From: Podarcis tiliguerta
Lineage: Eukaryota
Assembly: GCA_965153285.1 (NCBI GenBank)
Contig: OZ229116.1
DNA: 64,000 bases
Direction: 5' to 3' (one strand)
Of the stretch, positions 63,297-64,000 are shown piece after piece; position 1 is the stretch's first letter; each line of letters opens with the position of its first letter. Under the pieces are notes generated by a model, which searched no databases, was not told the origin of the DNA, and saw only the letters and a list, made by a program, of their open reading frames with translations. Both the position numbers and the translations under genes were made by a program.

Positions 63297-64000
63297 TCCG
63301 TTAATCTTACCTGAAAGCAAAATAAATCTTTCTTCAGCGTTTGCAGCTTGGGACGCAAATTTTCCTCCACCTCAGGAAAATTTTAAATTATTGTGCAAAT
63401 ATTCCTCTTGTATACCCTGGCAGAAATGAAATCTTTCTCCAGTGGCAAGTGAGAAAGTGCCTTTCCTGTTATGGCATTCCAAGATTTCTGTGTATGCTAC
63501 AAAACAGGAAAGCCAAACAGCGAATCATCCTGAACATGTGAAAAATGCACTTCGCTTTAGGTGCATTTTGGAACATTTCAGAGCAACATAGGAAAGAGTA
63601 GTTTTTAGAGAGCAGTAGGGACCTTGTTGCTAGAACCCTTGTTCCTTTGAAAAATTGTTATTGTGCTGCCTAAGATTTTGTTGGTCTCATGAGAGAATGG
63701 AATGAATAGCAAATTCTCTTCAGTGTTGCCAAACTTAAAACTTGTAAATAAAACAGTTACTATTATAAGATACCAAGAAATGTAAAAAGTGTAGTATTAG
63801 TGGTGGGCTGCTTTTCAGAAAGGCAGTGTGTTTAGCCAATACTGCCCCCTCCAATTGTAAGTCAATTACAGGATCACCTTTATAAAATAAAATGACCGGA
63901 TTTTGTGGAACGTGGCTGTTTTGGCTCTTAAGGTATTGATACCATTATAATATTGGTGTCAGGATACAGCTGCCTTGTGACTAAGATGGTGCTTAATAAA

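Noticed and set aside
1-64000. The many 60-170 aa ORFs in the six-frame track as genes
   Set aside because: They are short, often start at non-ATG codons, overlap on both strands and have no recognisable domains. This is expected by chance in vertebrate non-coding DNA. The only recognisable ones are retroelement remnants.

Overview
This is eukaryotic DNA from a squamate reptile, most likely a lacertid lizard judging from the Podarcis-type Sauria SINEs. It is not a prokaryotic window, and there is no CRISPR array or operon. No complete protein-coding gene can be supported. The window reads as repeat-rich intronic or intergenic sequence. It contains four Sauria SINEs, six Tigger/pogo-like TA-flanked MITEs (one carrying a nested hAT MITE), several hAT MITEs with 8-bp target-site duplications (TSDs), CR1, L2, RTE and L1 LINE fragments, older tRNA-derived SINEs and microsatellites. 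The only ORFs with recognisable protein motifs are retroelement ORF2 remnants. The most notable observations are four. First, an intact ~1.15-kb poly(A)-tailed retroposon with a perfect 19-bp TSD, CTCF- and YY1-like motifs at its 5' end and no RT ORF (60112-61264). Second, an adjacent L1 fragment flanked by a 74-bp direct duplication. Third, a poly(A)-tailed 18S rRNA retrocopy inserted in an L2 remnant. Fourth, a possible + strand promoter/first exon near 1.6-1.74 kb, plus enhancer-like blocks. Exon candidates are listed at low confidence only. Boundaries of old, degenerate repeats are approximate, and family names come from recalled consensus features rather than a database search.
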